Shown here: positions 43,493 through 52,829 of the stretch, piece after piece
Layout: every line of letters starts with the position of its first letter
Numbering within the stretch: position 1 is the first letter of the stretch
Source: Escherichia phage AV122
Sequence record: OR352952.1
Length of the DNA stretch: 64,000 nucleotides
Direction: 5' to 3' (one strand)
Made by a program: the position numbers and the translations under genes
Notes under the pieces: model-generated
What the model saw: the letters and a program-made list of their open reading frames with translations, nothing else
Told to the model about the DNA's origin: nothing
The model's database searches: none

Positions 43493-45309
43493 TACTGACT
43501 CATCCATTCTTTGCGAAGGTCAGCATTATCTCCCATGAGCATTTCAAAAAGCTCTTTCCAATTCTCAGGAAGTTTAACAACATCATATACTGGGTTTTGA
43601 ATCATCTCACGATATTCAGATTTTTCCAAAGAGCCAAGTCCCTTAATATAACGGATGCTATGTTTAGGTAGAGCATCTTTGGCACTCTCATATTCAGCGA
43701 CTGTATAAAACCATTCTTGTTTTTTACCGACCTGAGCGATGATTACAGGAGTTTTGACGAAACGAATTCTTCCTTGTTCAAACAGTTCTGGCCAATTACT
43801 AAAAAATCCGAGCAGAGAAGGATAAATGCTCCCTAGACCATCATGGTCAGCATCAGTCATAATAGCAATATTATGATAATTCAAGTTTTCAGCTTTTTCA
43901 CCAAGAACTAATCCAGTGATTGCGCAAATGTCAAACAGTTCTTTGTTTTTAAGCATATCGGCATATGACATACCCCAACTGTTGAGAACTTTACCACGCA
44001 ATGGATAACCACCATGAAGTTCTTTATCACGAACATCAATAAGATATCCGATAGCAGAATCACCCTCAGTCAAGAAAAGAGTAGTGTCAGCGTCTTTACC
44101 ACAAAGATTCGCTTTAATATGTTTATGAACCTTAGCTTTAGAAGCCTTTTTAGCTGCTTTAGTTTCTGCTGCTTTTTCTGCCGCCAATTTACGAGCCAAG
44201 GCAGCTTCAATAATTGGCATCAGAATTGCTTCATTATTTAGAATAGCGCGTGAAATCTTTTTAGCGTCAAGTTGAATATGACTACGAATTTCGCCAAATG
44301 GAGAAGTCAAACGCTCTTTAGTTTGAGAATCAAATCGCATGTTTTTCATATCACGAACAAACATAACGATAGTCAAACATTCTTTAACACGCGCTTTAGT
44401 TACATCAATTTTGAACTTACGTTTGATTTGTGGAATAAGGTCTTCACAAATATCATCCATAACACAGTCAATGTGATGGCCACCATTCTTAGTATGAATG
44501 TTATTGACGTATGTTAATTGACGAAAACCATCCGGTGAACGACCAACCGCAATAGAACAATTTTCTTGTTCTTGAACAATAGCATGCTCATCATATTGGC
44601 GTGCATATTTCTTAAAATTACCCTGAACCTTTTTACCATTAAAGGTAAATTGAATATCAGGATAAACTACTGCAAGTGTCTGGAGGCGATCTAATGTAAT
44701 GTCAAGATAAACTTGAGATAGCTCATTAGTTTCAAATGACATAAAATCAGGAATGAAAGTAACACGTGTTCCTTTCCATTTTCCAGGAATAGTTTCCCAT
44801 GATTTATTTTCCATGCCATTTGAACAACGAACTACAATATTATTTTGACCGTCGCCAGTTTCACCGACAAACATCACAGAAAAAATGTTTGTCAAACTAG
44901 AACCAACACCGTTCATACCGCCGGTGACGCGTTCTTTATCATCACCGAAGTTACCACCTGCTTTTGGAATAGTCCACGCAGCAACAGGACCAGGAATTTC
45001 TTCACCTGTAGGTGTTTTAACCATCGCCTGTGGAATACCACGACCGTTATCTTCAACTGTTACTTGATTGTTTTTAATAGTAACATTAATTTTATTTGCG
45101 AATTTAAACTTAGTACGAATACCTTCATCTACTGAGTTATCGATAATTTCATCAATAAGCTTAACAAGACCAGGTACATACTGAACACTTTCCCATTTAC
45201 CAAACAGAAAGCGCTCATGCATTTCATTAGCAGAAGAGCCAATGTACATGCCGCTACGCTTTTTGATATGTTCAATATCGCTCAGAATTTTAATTTCATT
45301 CTTAATCAT
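43492..45309 (-). CDS. 39: DNA topoisomerase II large subunit gp39, uninterrupted (includes region encoded by gene 60 in T4)
   Basis: 605 aa from second Met; GyrB-like ATPase and TOPRIM motifs; continuous through ...GLVLGEKAENLNYHNIAIMTDADHDG... Confidence 0.93.
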   Translation of the reverse strand: MIKNEIKILSDIEHIKKRSGMYIGSSANEMHERFLFGKWESVQYVPGLVKLIDEIIDNSVDEGIRTKFKFANKINVTIKNNQVTVEDNGRGIPQAMVKTPTGEEIPGPVAAWTIPKAGGNFGDDKERVTGGMNGVGSSLTNIFSVMFVGETGDGQNNIVVRCSNGMENKSWETIPGKWKGTRVTFIPDFMSFETNELSQVYLDITLDRLQTLAVVYPDIQFTFNGKKVQGNFKKYARQYDEHAIVQEQENCSIAVGRSPDGFRQLTYVNNIHTKNGGHHIDCVMDDICEDLIPQIKRKFKIDVTKARVKECLTIVMFVRDMKNMRFDSQTKERLTSPFGEIRSHIQLDAKKISRAILNNEAILMPIIEAALARKLAAEKAAETKAAKKASKAKVHKHIKANLCGKDADTTLFLTEGDSAIGYLIDVRDKELHGGYPLRGKVLNSWGMSYADMLKNKELFDICAITGLVLGEKAENLNYHNIAIMTDADHDGLGSIYPSLLGFFSNWPELFEQGRIRFVKTPVIIAQVGKKQEWFYTVAEYESAKDALPKHSIRYIKGLGSLEKSEYREMIQNPVYDVVKLPENWKELFEMLMGDNADLRKEWMSQ

Positions 45310-45336
45310 CACTTATCCTCGTTTGGTTTCGGGAAT

Positions 45337-45361
45337 ATTATACTCCAATAATCATAAAGCT
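45337..45361 (-). promoter_or_regulatory. possible middle-type promoter upstream of gene 39
   Basis: TATAAT with AGCTTTA (MotA-box-like) about 12 nt upstream. Confidence 0.3.
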
Positions 45362-45378
45362 AGAGGCCCGAAGGCCTT

Positions 45379-45648
45379 TTATTTAAAACGAATAGTCGAA
45401 TCCTTGAAGAATAGTCCAGAACATACTGTTCCTTCTACTTTCTGCCCAGTAGGTCCAATAGCACGAAATCCAGTATGCTGGAAATCATTTTCAGAGCAAC
45501 CGAACCAATTATATCCAGTGATTTCAATATTAGTAAAACCACTTGAAGACAAAACTTTGGTTGCATTATCAGCATCAGTACATCCTATTAAAGACACTGC
45601 TAATACTAATGCTGCAATAGAACGATTAATATATTTCATAATTTTCAC
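45379..45648 (-). CDS. putative lipoprotein (39.1 position)
   Basis: 89 aa; signal peptide with lipobox LIGC. Confidence 0.6.
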   Translation of the reverse strand: MKIMKYINRSIAALVLAVSLIGCTDADNATKVLSSSGFTNIEITGYNWFGCSENDFQHTGFRAIGPTGQKVEGTVCSGLFFKDSTIRFK

Positions 45649-46016
45649 TTAAATTTAATGGCTTGAAGAAGACTAATAATTCTTAAACGGCTTCTTTCAT
45701 CTTTAACTGTAAAGGAAAGAGGGTCGCCAGATTTCATGGTAATAGTGCATTCAAAATCAAAATCTTCTGTGACTTCTTCGAAGAAGTCAAATTCTTCAGC
45801 ATAAATTAGAACATTACTCTGACAACTATGAAGAATTTTTCCATCATTTCCAGATGCTGTACTAATCATTGTAACATTATGACCTTTCATATCTTCAACG
45901 ATAAATTCACTAGTCAATATTACAGCATTAATAGAACTATTCCTATTACTAGCAGAAAGTAGATATTTCTGTTCTTCACCTTCACGAATGCGATATTTCT
46001 TACCGATTTTAAACAT
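45645..46016 (-). CDS. hypothetical protein (39.2 position)
   Basis: 123-aa ORF. Confidence 0.6.
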   Translation of the reverse strand: MFKIGKKYRIREGEEQKYLLSASNRNSSINAVILTSEFIVEDMKGHNVTMISTASGNDGKILHSCQSNVLIYAEEFDFFEEVTEDFDFECTITMKSGDPLSFTVKDERSRLRIISLLQAIKFK

Positions 46017-46018
46017 AA

Positions 46019-46195
46019 TTACCCTTTAAGTAAGTCGTAAAATCCACCATTCACATGCTTAGGAGCAGAAGGCCGACGAGTAGACAAACGATGACATTTA
46101 GGGCAAACATCATTTTCTCGTTCAGAAATCTTTTTAATTTTTTCATATTCATGCCCGCAATCTTTAGATTGGCATTTATAATCATACATCGGCAT
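46019..46195 (-). CDS. small zinc-ribbon protein
   Basis: 58 aa by manual translation: MPMYDYKCQSKDCGHEYE...CPKCH, two CxxC pairs. Confidence 0.4.
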   Translation of the reverse strand: MPMYDYKCQSKDCGHEYEKIKKISERENDVCPKCHRLSTRRPSAPKHVNGGFYDLLKG

Positions 46196-46197
46196 AA

Positions 46198-46623
46198 TTA
46201 TTCCTTAAAATGTGCTTTCAACATCTGATACAAGGACCATGCCTGTTCATTATTTTCAATAGTAACTTTCATGACCGGGAATTCTGTGAAATCTTCTATC
46301 TGTTCTTGCTCTTTCTCTTCCTGCTCTTGCTCTTCGGCTGCCTGGTATGGATTTTCCACTTCATTAAAGAACTCAGCTTCGCTCGCTGAAAGCCAGATAA
46401 AATCTTCATCCAAAATATCTTTACCAGAAGATAACGCCAATTTTCCACTAGATGTCACAAGTTTAGTAGGACGACCAAGATAGTCAATATCTGTAACTCT
46501 AAAAGGTTCCATACCTAAACGTCGTGCATAAATTCCGTTTTCAGTATGATATTTAATAAATTTTTCTTGAGCTTGTTTATTTTTAAATTGATACCATTTA
46601 TTAACTTCAAATTTAATAGCCAT
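46198..46623 (-). CDS. goF: acidic protein at T4 goF (comC-alpha) position
   Basis: 141 aa; size and gene order match my recollection of T4 goF; no motif support. Confidence 0.5.
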   Translation of the reverse strand: MAIKFEVNKWYQFKNKQAQEKFIKYHTENGIYARRLGMEPFRVTDIDYLGRPTKLVTSSGKLALSSGKDILDEDFIWLSASEAEFFNEVENPYQAAEEQEQEEKEQEQIEDFTEFPVMKVTIENNEQAWSLYQMLKAHFKE

Positions 46624-46838
46624 TAATAAATTTCCTTCCAGTAAGTTGTTCCATCTTCAGTAATTTCACGAAATACACCGTAAATTGGTTGTTTATCACC
46701 GACTTTCTCATACACATAAACTGAAGTCAAGTGAGTAAACTTGACAGTGTGTTCCTTTTGAACTACTACCAAATTTGGATCAAATAATACATCTTCAAAT
46801 TCATCATTAGTGCAGTTCTGAACAATTTTACGTTTCAT
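46623..46838 (-). CDS. cef: protein at T4 cef position
   Basis: 71 aa; size and order match T4 cef; no motif support. Confidence 0.5.
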   Translation of the reverse strand: MKRKIVQNCTNDEFEDVLFDPNLVVVQKEHTVKFTHLTSVYVYEKVGDKQPIYGVFREITEDGTTYWKEIY

Positions 46839-46851
46839 TACAATTTCCTCA

Positions 46852-47121
46852 TTAATTGAACAGTGGAGCGATGCGTTTCAGAAGAGTAGCAGCACCTTTG
46901 GCAAATTTTACATCATGAAAAACAGTTTCTTCTTCCGTTACAACACGAGCTTTAATGTTTTCACAATCCCAATTTTTGCGAACAATCTTCAAAAGCTGCA
47001 GTAAATCTTTACATTCAGCAATATCGATAACACATCCACGAGAATCTTCCATTATCGCACGATAACCGTAAGCCATACCATAATCATTGAAAGATTGCTC
47101 GATGATAATTAAATTTTCCAT
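46852..47121 (-). CDS. hypothetical protein (cef.1 position, start trimmed)
   Basis: ATG 47121 with GGAG SD; track TTG extension overlaps promoter. Confidence 0.5.
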   Translation of the reverse strand: MENLIIIEQSFNDYGMAYGYRAIMEDSRGCVIDIAECKDLLQLLKIVRKNWDCENIKARVVTEEETVFHDVKFAKGAATLLKRIAPLFN

Positions 47122-47162
47122 TTTATTCTCCAAGTTTTTCTGTATCAGTAGTTGATATTGAT

Positions 47163-47192
47163 ATAGTACCATAATCAACTACTGATGTATAT
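47163..47192 (-). promoter_or_regulatory. early promoter (weaker -35)
   Basis: TATACA, 17 nt, TACTAT. Confidence 0.4.
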
Positions 47193-47217
47193 AGTTTTAT
47201 GAAAAAAATTTTAAACT

Positions 47218-47709
47218 TTATGCATAGCGAGCTTTGCTGTAGTGTTTAATCCAACTTTCAGGAATGACTTTGTATGTTCCTAAAAATACCGCGTTGTATA
47301 ACTTAACGCCATCTTCTACCCATTGATCAGTAATGTATGCACACATAGCGCGAGTACGGTTAACAACACCTTCCTCACCTTCAGTAAATTCAAACTCATA
47401 AGGAGCAACGAACTTGATAGCTTGACCGAGTTTCCACTTAAAGTCTACACCTACATGCGAAGTATCAATCGTTTCAATTCCTTTAGCGGGAACAGCTTTT
47501 AAAAACGCAGACTCAAGAAATTTCGCACGAACATAGCCAAACTGGGGTTTAGACTTTCCATCTTTAGGAATGATACGCACTTTTACTTCAGAATCTTCAT
47601 CTTTAACACCGTGTTTAAGCTGAATGCTTACAACTTCAACCAATTTTCCTGCTGCTTTAGAACGGGATTTATCAGATACACGAGCAATTTCACCGATATT
47701 AATAATCAT
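47218..47709 (-). CDS. motB: MotB-position protein
   Basis: 163 aa; size/order match T4 motB; early promoter 47754-47783; shares C-terminal motif with next ORF. Confidence 0.6.
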   Translation of the reverse strand: MIINIGEIARVSDKSRSKAAGKLVEVVSIQLKHGVKDEDSEVKVRIIPKDGKSKPQFGYVRAKFLESAFLKAVPAKGIETIDTSHVGVDFKWKLGQAIKFVAPYEFEFTEGEEGVVNRTRAMCAYITDQWVEDGVKLYNAVFLGTYKVIPESWIKHYSKARYA

Positions 47710-47753
47710 AGTTATCTCTCACTTGTTAAAAAGATTTTATACTCCACGGGACC

Positions 47754-47783
47754 ATTATACTCTGGTCCCAAGAGTTTGTAAAC
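47754..47783 (-). promoter_or_regulatory. early promoter upstream of motB
   Basis: GTTTACA, 17 nt, TATAAT. Confidence 0.55.
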
Positions 47784-47785
47784 TA

Positions 47786-48328
47786 TTAATTCAAAATAGC
47801 TACCACTGCACTACGAGGTACTACGCTAAAATCACCTGCATGAACAACGTTCAGAAGTTCAACACCATCTTCAATCCACTGGTCTGTTACCCAACCACAG
47901 ACCGAAATAAATGGGGTCTTGATAGCTACTGCACGAGTCAAAAGGTCAGTAGGATCAACTTCTTGGAAGAGGATAATCTCTGCTTCAAAGACTATAGTTT
48001 TAATTACTTCATCATTATCTAAGCGATGTGCTCGAATCACGTAAGCTTTATTCTTATCATGCCAATTACTTTTTGAAAAACTTTTAACCACAAACTCACC
48101 TTCACCAAAAACACTGGTCAATGCTTTATAACCCAAATTTAGTTCAGTAGTTTTAATTTCAGTTTCAACCAGTTTGTAGGTTTTGCCAGTTTCGATGGTC
48201 CGAGCAGTCATAAATGTTTCCTTAATTTCTAATGGTTTAACAAGAGTGCCGTACATGCTTGCTATATCCATATCAAACGGTTTATCTACAGGATTCGGTG
48301 TGTATTCAGGATTATAATTAAATTTCAT
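47786..48328 (-). CDS. MotB paralog (motB.1 position)
   Basis: 180 aa; shares TDQW[IV]EDGV[EK]L motif with motB ORF. Confidence 0.6.
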   Translation of the reverse strand: MKFNYNPEYTPNPVDKPFDMDIASMYGTLVKPLEIKETFMTARTIETGKTYKLVETEIKTTELNLGYKALTSVFGEGEFVVKSFSKSNWHDKNKAYVIRAHRLDNDEVIKTIVFEAEIILFQEVDPTDLLTRAVAIKTPFISVCGWVTDQWIEDGVELLNVVHAGDFSVVPRSAVVAILN

Positions 48329-48330
48329 AA

Positions 48331-48843
48331 TTATCTCATTTCAATAAAATCTACAAGTTCAGCATGGGATTTACGGAACATTACTTGATGCCCACCAATG
48401 ATAACTTGGTCATCTGGCACTTCATAAATCGCAATGTACATTCCACGATCTTTTAAGTCTTCACGCTCTTCTCGGGTGAACCATCTCATCATATCATATT
48501 CAGTAGCGAAAGCAAAATGATATAATGCAATAAACCACAATGGAATATAATTTTCAATTCGTGAATAATCTTTATTCCATTTAGTTTTAATAGCATCATT
48601 AGCATTTTCAACTAATAACTTATCATCGTGCGGAATAGGAATACTTTCATGACTTTCATAATTATCGCTATGATGATGAAATGACGATGAATTAATACCG
48701 CAAAATTTTAGCCAAGTTCGAGTTTTCATAGAATCAAATCCACGATAAGGAGTTGATTGAACGCATAACTCTTGCCTAATTTTCATTATACCACTATCAT
48801 CATTTAATGCGCTAAACGATGATTCAACACGATAAATTTTCAT
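48331..48843 (-). CDS. hypothetical protein (motB.2 position, start trimmed)
   Basis: 170 aa from ATG 48843; promoter 48871-48900 inside track extension. Confidence 0.55.
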   Translation of the reverse strand: MKIYRVESSFSALNDDSGIMKIRQELCVQSTPYRGFDSMKTRTWLKFCGINSSSFHHHSDNYESHESIPIPHDDKLLVENANDAIKTKWNKDYSRIENYIPLWFIALYHFAFATEYDMMRWFTREEREDLKDRGMYIAIYEVPDDQVIIGGHQVMFRKSHAELVDFIEMR

Positions 48844-48870
48844 TTTATTATCCTCAGTAGCTATGGTGTT

Positions 48871-48900
48871 ATAATACCACAACTGACCGAGGAAGTAAAC
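48871..48900 (-). promoter_or_regulatory. early promoter
   Basis: GTTTACT, 17 nt, TATTAT. Confidence 0.55.
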
Positions 48901-48906
48901 AACTTT

Positions 48907-49590
48907 TTATCGTTTTGTTGGAAGAGATAGAGGATCGCACTCTTCCTCTGACGGAGCATCTTCAAGACCCATAGCATAGCGCAAAGCATACTTCATCATC
49001 AGGATGTCTTTCGCACAGTCATGAATAGAATCATGCGCAACGAATCCATCTAAGGTTCCCTTTGGAAGAGGACATGTTGTCATATCACGAACAAGCAGAA
49101 GTGCTTCAATTCTAGTACGAATATCACGCTGATTCCAGAATTTACATGGTTCTAACTTAAATGTATCAAGCTCATTCTCGGAAACGCCGTTAAGACGTTG
49201 AATATCGCGAATGAGATCGACTAAAATTGGAAAATCAAACGACATTCCACGGCACCAGCCTTGAGATTTCCAAGGATCGATATTATGCGCATTGATGTAA
49301 TCATTAAATTTTGCAATACCATCGATAGTGCTTACATCTTCATCGGATGGTGCAATATTTTTTCGAGCTTCAGGAGACTGATTTTTCCACCATTCGATAA
49401 TGCTTTTAGTAAAAAGACGATGTCCTTTTTGGCTTTTTAAATCAAATTTGATTTTAATGCCACGTGAAACTAGTTCATCGAATGATTCAACTACTTCTGG
49501 ATTAGGGTCAAAAGCAATTACAGCCAAATCAATAACAGCTGCTTTTTCACCGCTTCCCATTGTTTCAAAATCTATAATAAAATCAAACAT
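48907..49590 (-). CDS. dexA: exonuclease A (DEDDh family)
   Basis: 227 aa; DFET and H-x4-D exonuclease motifs. Confidence 0.85.
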   Translation of the reverse strand: MFDFIIDFETMGSGEKAAVIDLAVIAFDPNPEVVESFDELVSRGIKIKFDLKSQKGHRLFTKSIIEWWKNQSPEARKNIAPSDEDVSTIDGIAKFNDYINAHNIDPWKSQGWCRGMSFDFPILVDLIRDIQRLNGVSENELDTFKLEPCKFWNQRDIRTRIEALLLVRDMTTCPLPKGTLDGFVAHDSIHDCAKDILMMKYALRYAMGLEDAPSEEECDPLSLPTKR

Positions 49591-49847
49591 TAAATTTTCC
49601 TCGCTAAATCACGAATTTGGCCTACAGTATAGTCTTGAATATAAACTTTATTAATAGGCTCATCAATAAATTTTGCCATAGATTCAATATCTTTTTGCAT
49701 CTCTTCAAGACTGTATACTATCTTTAAAGCTTTTTCGCGAATAGTAACATTATCAGGTCCTGAATTTTCTTGAATGACAGCTTTAACATTTGCCATAAGA
49801 GATTTAAACTGGTACCAACTCAACTCAATCATTAATAATCGCCTCAT
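49590..49847 (-). CDS. hypothetical protein (dexA.x paralog 1)
   Basis: 85 aa. Confidence 0.55.
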   Translation of the reverse strand: MRRLLMIELSWYQFKSLMANVKAVIQENSGPDNVTIREKALKIVYSLEEMQKDIESMAKFIDEPINKVYIQDYTVGQIRDLARKI

Positions 49848-50085
49848 AAAGATAGCTAATTTCGCCTAAAACGTAATCATTGATTGTAACAGTTTTCACT
49901 TCACCACAAAAGAATTCTAACGCAATTAAATCTCGTTCAATTTCTTCTAATTGAAGCATCAACTTACTAGATTCAATTTTTACAGTTTCACGATTTTTAC
50001 CATGAGCAATTTCATAAATTTCGCTAACTTTATCCTGAAGAAGATAAAACTGATCTTTAGTTATTTCCACGAATAGCTTCCTCAA
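49825..50085 (-). CDS. hypothetical protein (dexA.x paralog 2)
   Basis: 86 aa; similar pattern to preceding ORF. Confidence 0.55.
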   Translation of the reverse strand: MRKLFVEITKDQFYLLQDKVSEIYEIAHGKNRETVKIESSKLMLQLEEIERDLIALEFFCGEVKTVTINDYVLGEISYLYEAIIND

Positions 50086-50317
50086 ATTTAATTAGTAATT
50101 TACAGACACTTTCATCTAGTGTAATTACCGTATCTGTATTACTGTGATATGATTGTTTTTCAATTCGTTTAATTGCTAATATAGTATCACTTATAAGATA
50201 AAGCTTGTGAAGGAGCTCAGCTCCTGTTACCATAACATCGAGATTATCTTGCTTATTAGTATGCTTCCTTATACCATCTATTAGACGATTTAAATATTTT
50301 GAATTGATGTTAATCAT
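50057..50317 (-). CDS. hypothetical protein (third small ORF between dexA and dda)
   Basis: 86 aa. Confidence 0.5.
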   Translation of the reverse strand: MININSKYLNRLIDGIRKHTNKQDNLDVMVTGAELLHKLYLISDTILAIKRIEKQSYHSNTDTVITLDESVCKLLIKFEEAIRGNN

Positions 50318-50323
50318 ATAGCC

Positions 50324-51643
50324 TCACACATAAAACACATCATAACGACCACGGGTAACACCAACATAAAGAAGTTGTTGGGCCAATTCAGCATCTGCAT
50401 AATGAATACAAGGCGTATAAATGAAAGCACGGTCTACAGACATACCCTGAGCTTTATGGAATGTTGATGCAGGAAGTGCTTTCACTTTACTAAACTGTGA
50501 TTTAGCATCCCAAAAATCACTCCACGGAGCTTTTCCGCCTTTGTTCCAATTTTTATAAGTTTCTGCCGTTTTACCTAAAAATAGGTTAAACTTATATAGC
50601 TCTTCATCAGATGAAATTATTTTAATCTTTTCACGATAATATTCATCATCGCCGTAAGTTTCTACTGTTAAATCCCAATGACGAATTAAGTATTCTCCAG
50701 GAACACCACGAGCTTTAACAAACGTTGATGTATACTCTGCTTCTATAATACGAACTAATTGTCCGTTATTAAAAATAATTTCTGACACAGGCTTTCCATC
50801 AATTTTATATGTTTTAATTAATGGTTCCTGCATTACAATAATTTCACCGACAATAAAATCTTTATCAGTTTCAAAAATCTTTTTACGAATAATGCTATTT
50901 AACTTGTCAACAGATTTATTCGTAAATGCCATTACGCGATTTTCAAACAAATCATCTAGTGATTTGACGATTGAAAAATAATTTACCATAAAATCGCGTA
51001 AAGCGGTATCACCAGTAAATCCACGTACTCCGTGCCCGTCAATGATTTTATCATAAATCCATTTACCATTACGAACATCAGTAGCTACATCAATAATAGG
51101 AGCATTACTGCGTTTAACTTCAGTAAGTTCACATTGATAAAAATCTTTATGTGTAAAGAATGGACTGATATAAGCAGTATTTTCTCCTGGATCAACAGGT
51201 CTAATTTGCTTATTATCACCTATTCCAATTATTGTGCACCACGGTGGAATAGTTGAAAGCAAAATTTTGAAGAGCTTTCTATCATACATTGACACTTCGT
51301 CGCAGATTAATACCCTGCATTTAGCTAAATCTGGTACTTCTTTTTGTTCAAAAAGAACGTTTTCTTCATACGTAACTGGGTTAATTTTAAGAATACTATG
51401 AATAGTACTTGCTTCTTTCCCTGATAGTTTTGAAAGAATCTTTTTAGCTGCATGAGTAGGAGCTGCTAAAATAATACCAGTTTCACCCGTAGATATTAAA
51501 GCTTCAATGATGAACTTAGTAAGAGTAGTCTTACCGGTACCGGCAGGTCCATTAATAGTTACATGGTGTTTCTTTTCTTTAATAGCCTTCATAACAATGT
51601 TAAAGGCATTTTTCTGGCCTTCGGTCAAATCATCAAATGTCAT
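50324..51643 (-). CDS. dda: Dda DNA helicase (SF1B)
   Basis: 439 aa; Walker A GPAGTGKT; recognised as T4 Dda. Confidence 0.95.
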   Translation of the reverse strand: MTFDDLTEGQKNAFNIVMKAIKEKKHHVTINGPAGTGKTTLTKFIIEALISTGETGIILAAPTHAAKKILSKLSGKEASTIHSILKINPVTYEENVLFEQKEVPDLAKCRVLICDEVSMYDRKLFKILLSTIPPWCTIIGIGDNKQIRPVDPGENTAYISPFFTHKDFYQCELTEVKRSNAPIIDVATDVRNGKWIYDKIIDGHGVRGFTGDTALRDFMVNYFSIVKSLDDLFENRVMAFTNKSVDKLNSIIRKKIFETDKDFIVGEIIVMQEPLIKTYKIDGKPVSEIIFNNGQLVRIIEAEYTSTFVKARGVPGEYLIRHWDLTVETYGDDEYYREKIKIISSDEELYKFNLFLGKTAETYKNWNKGGKAPWSDFWDAKSQFSKVKALPASTFHKAQGMSVDRAFIYTPCIHYADAELAQQLLYVGVTRGRYDVFYV

Positions 51644-51951
51644 CGTAAATTCCCTGCAATTGGTATACTAACAATACGCCCAGTATCTAGAATTCGTTGA
51701 TATAATCTTTGTGTATCTACATCAGGCTTAACATGTTTAACTTCTATTTTATTAAACCAAAACTTGCGTGGAGTCTCAACTAGTCTTGGAATTCCCATAC
51801 CTAAAGCTAGTTTATATTGGTCTTTGAGAGTAGTAAAAACTCTATCAGCAATCTCTCTTTCAAAAAACACAGCAGGACGATGTTCATCAAGTGGAACTGG
51901 CGCCGTAAATCCGTCTTTGTCTCGGTAAACTATCGCATATACATAAACCAT
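51640..51951 (-). CDS. hypothetical protein (dda.1 position)
   Basis: 103 aa. Confidence 0.6.
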   Translation of the reverse strand: MVYVYAIVYRDKDGFTAPVPLDEHRPAVFFEREIADRVFTTLKDQYKLALGMGIPRLVETPRKFWFNKIEVKHVKPDVDTQRLYQRILDTGRIVSIPIAGNLR

Positions 51952-51952
51952 A

Positions 51953-52708
51953 TTATCCTCGGATAAGTTTAAAAATTGAACAATTTAGCGGGTATCCTCT
52001 TTTCAGTTTAAGTTTATCAATAAAAGACAAATTTTGATACCGCTCTACACCTTGAATAATTTTATCACACATATCATATTGCATTTCTGCTTCTGACAGC
52101 TTTTTCACAATTTTCCAATCCGAGCCTTTAAGAAGAACGTTCAGTTTAACAACTTCAGCGCCTTCTGCTATGCGAGAACCATCAATACGAGCTTTAAGTG
52201 CTATAATCCTTAGCTTAATGTCAGAGGTCTGTTTTGATTTAGAAAGCTGAGAAATGTGTTCAATTCGATTTTCACGTTTTTTCTGTATAGCTTTAATTTG
52301 ATTATAAGTCTTTTTGATTTTAGCCCATTTCTTTTCATCTAAATTTAGTTTATGAACTTTTTTCGCAGATGAACGACCAATTCGCAAAGCAAATAAATCC
52401 CGTTTTTCAATCAACTCTTCTAAAGTATAATCAGAACGAAATGTATTATACTTTTTCTTTACTGCAATAACATTCCCTTTAATGTATCCAATGTTATTAT
52501 CAAAACGTTCTAATGATAATTTCTCTCCTTCAATACGATTATCAAAAGGTTCTCCTGAATAGGCACAAACTTTTTGATCTAAAATATTCTTAATGTAATT
52601 GAAGTCTAAGTTAAAATCTTTAGAACGTCTTTTTGCAGATGCCTGAGTATGCTCTAAACGACGTTTAATTTTACGAATTTGATTATTAGACATATTATGC
52701 AGTTTCAT
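51953..52708 (-). CDS. hypothetical basic protein with degenerate HNH-like motif
   Basis: 251 aa; CAYSGEPF...LSLERFDNNIGYIKGNVIAV resembles HNH core with substitutions; own early promoter 52744-52773. Confidence 0.6.
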   Translation of the reverse strand: MKLHNMSNNQIRKIKRRLEHTQASAKRRSKDFNLDFNYIKNILDQKVCAYSGEPFDNRIEGEKLSLERFDNNIGYIKGNVIAVKKKYNTFRSDYTLEELIEKRDLFALRIGRSSAKKVHKLNLDEKKWAKIKKTYNQIKAIQKKRENRIEHISQLSKSKQTSDIKLRIIALKARIDGSRIAEGAEVVKLNVLLKGSDWKIVKKLSEAEMQYDMCDKIIQGVERYQNLSFIDKLKLKRGYPLNCSIFKLIRG

Positions 52709-52743
52709 ATTTTTCTCACATCTTACGGACGATTGACTACTAT

Positions 52744-52773
52744 ACTATAACATTTTTACCTTGGCTTGTAAAC
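52744..52773 (-). promoter_or_regulatory. early promoter upstream of 251-aa ORF
   Basis: GTTTACA, 17 nt, TATAGT. Confidence 0.55.
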
Positions 52774-52829
52774 AATTTTATGAAAAATGCTTTAAAAATT
52801 TCATGGTATAATGAATCTAAGTCCTTCCA

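Noticed and set aside
43492-45309. Gene 60 translational bypass element
   Set aside because: Gene 39 reads through uninterrupted; no stop or 50-nt gap at the junction.
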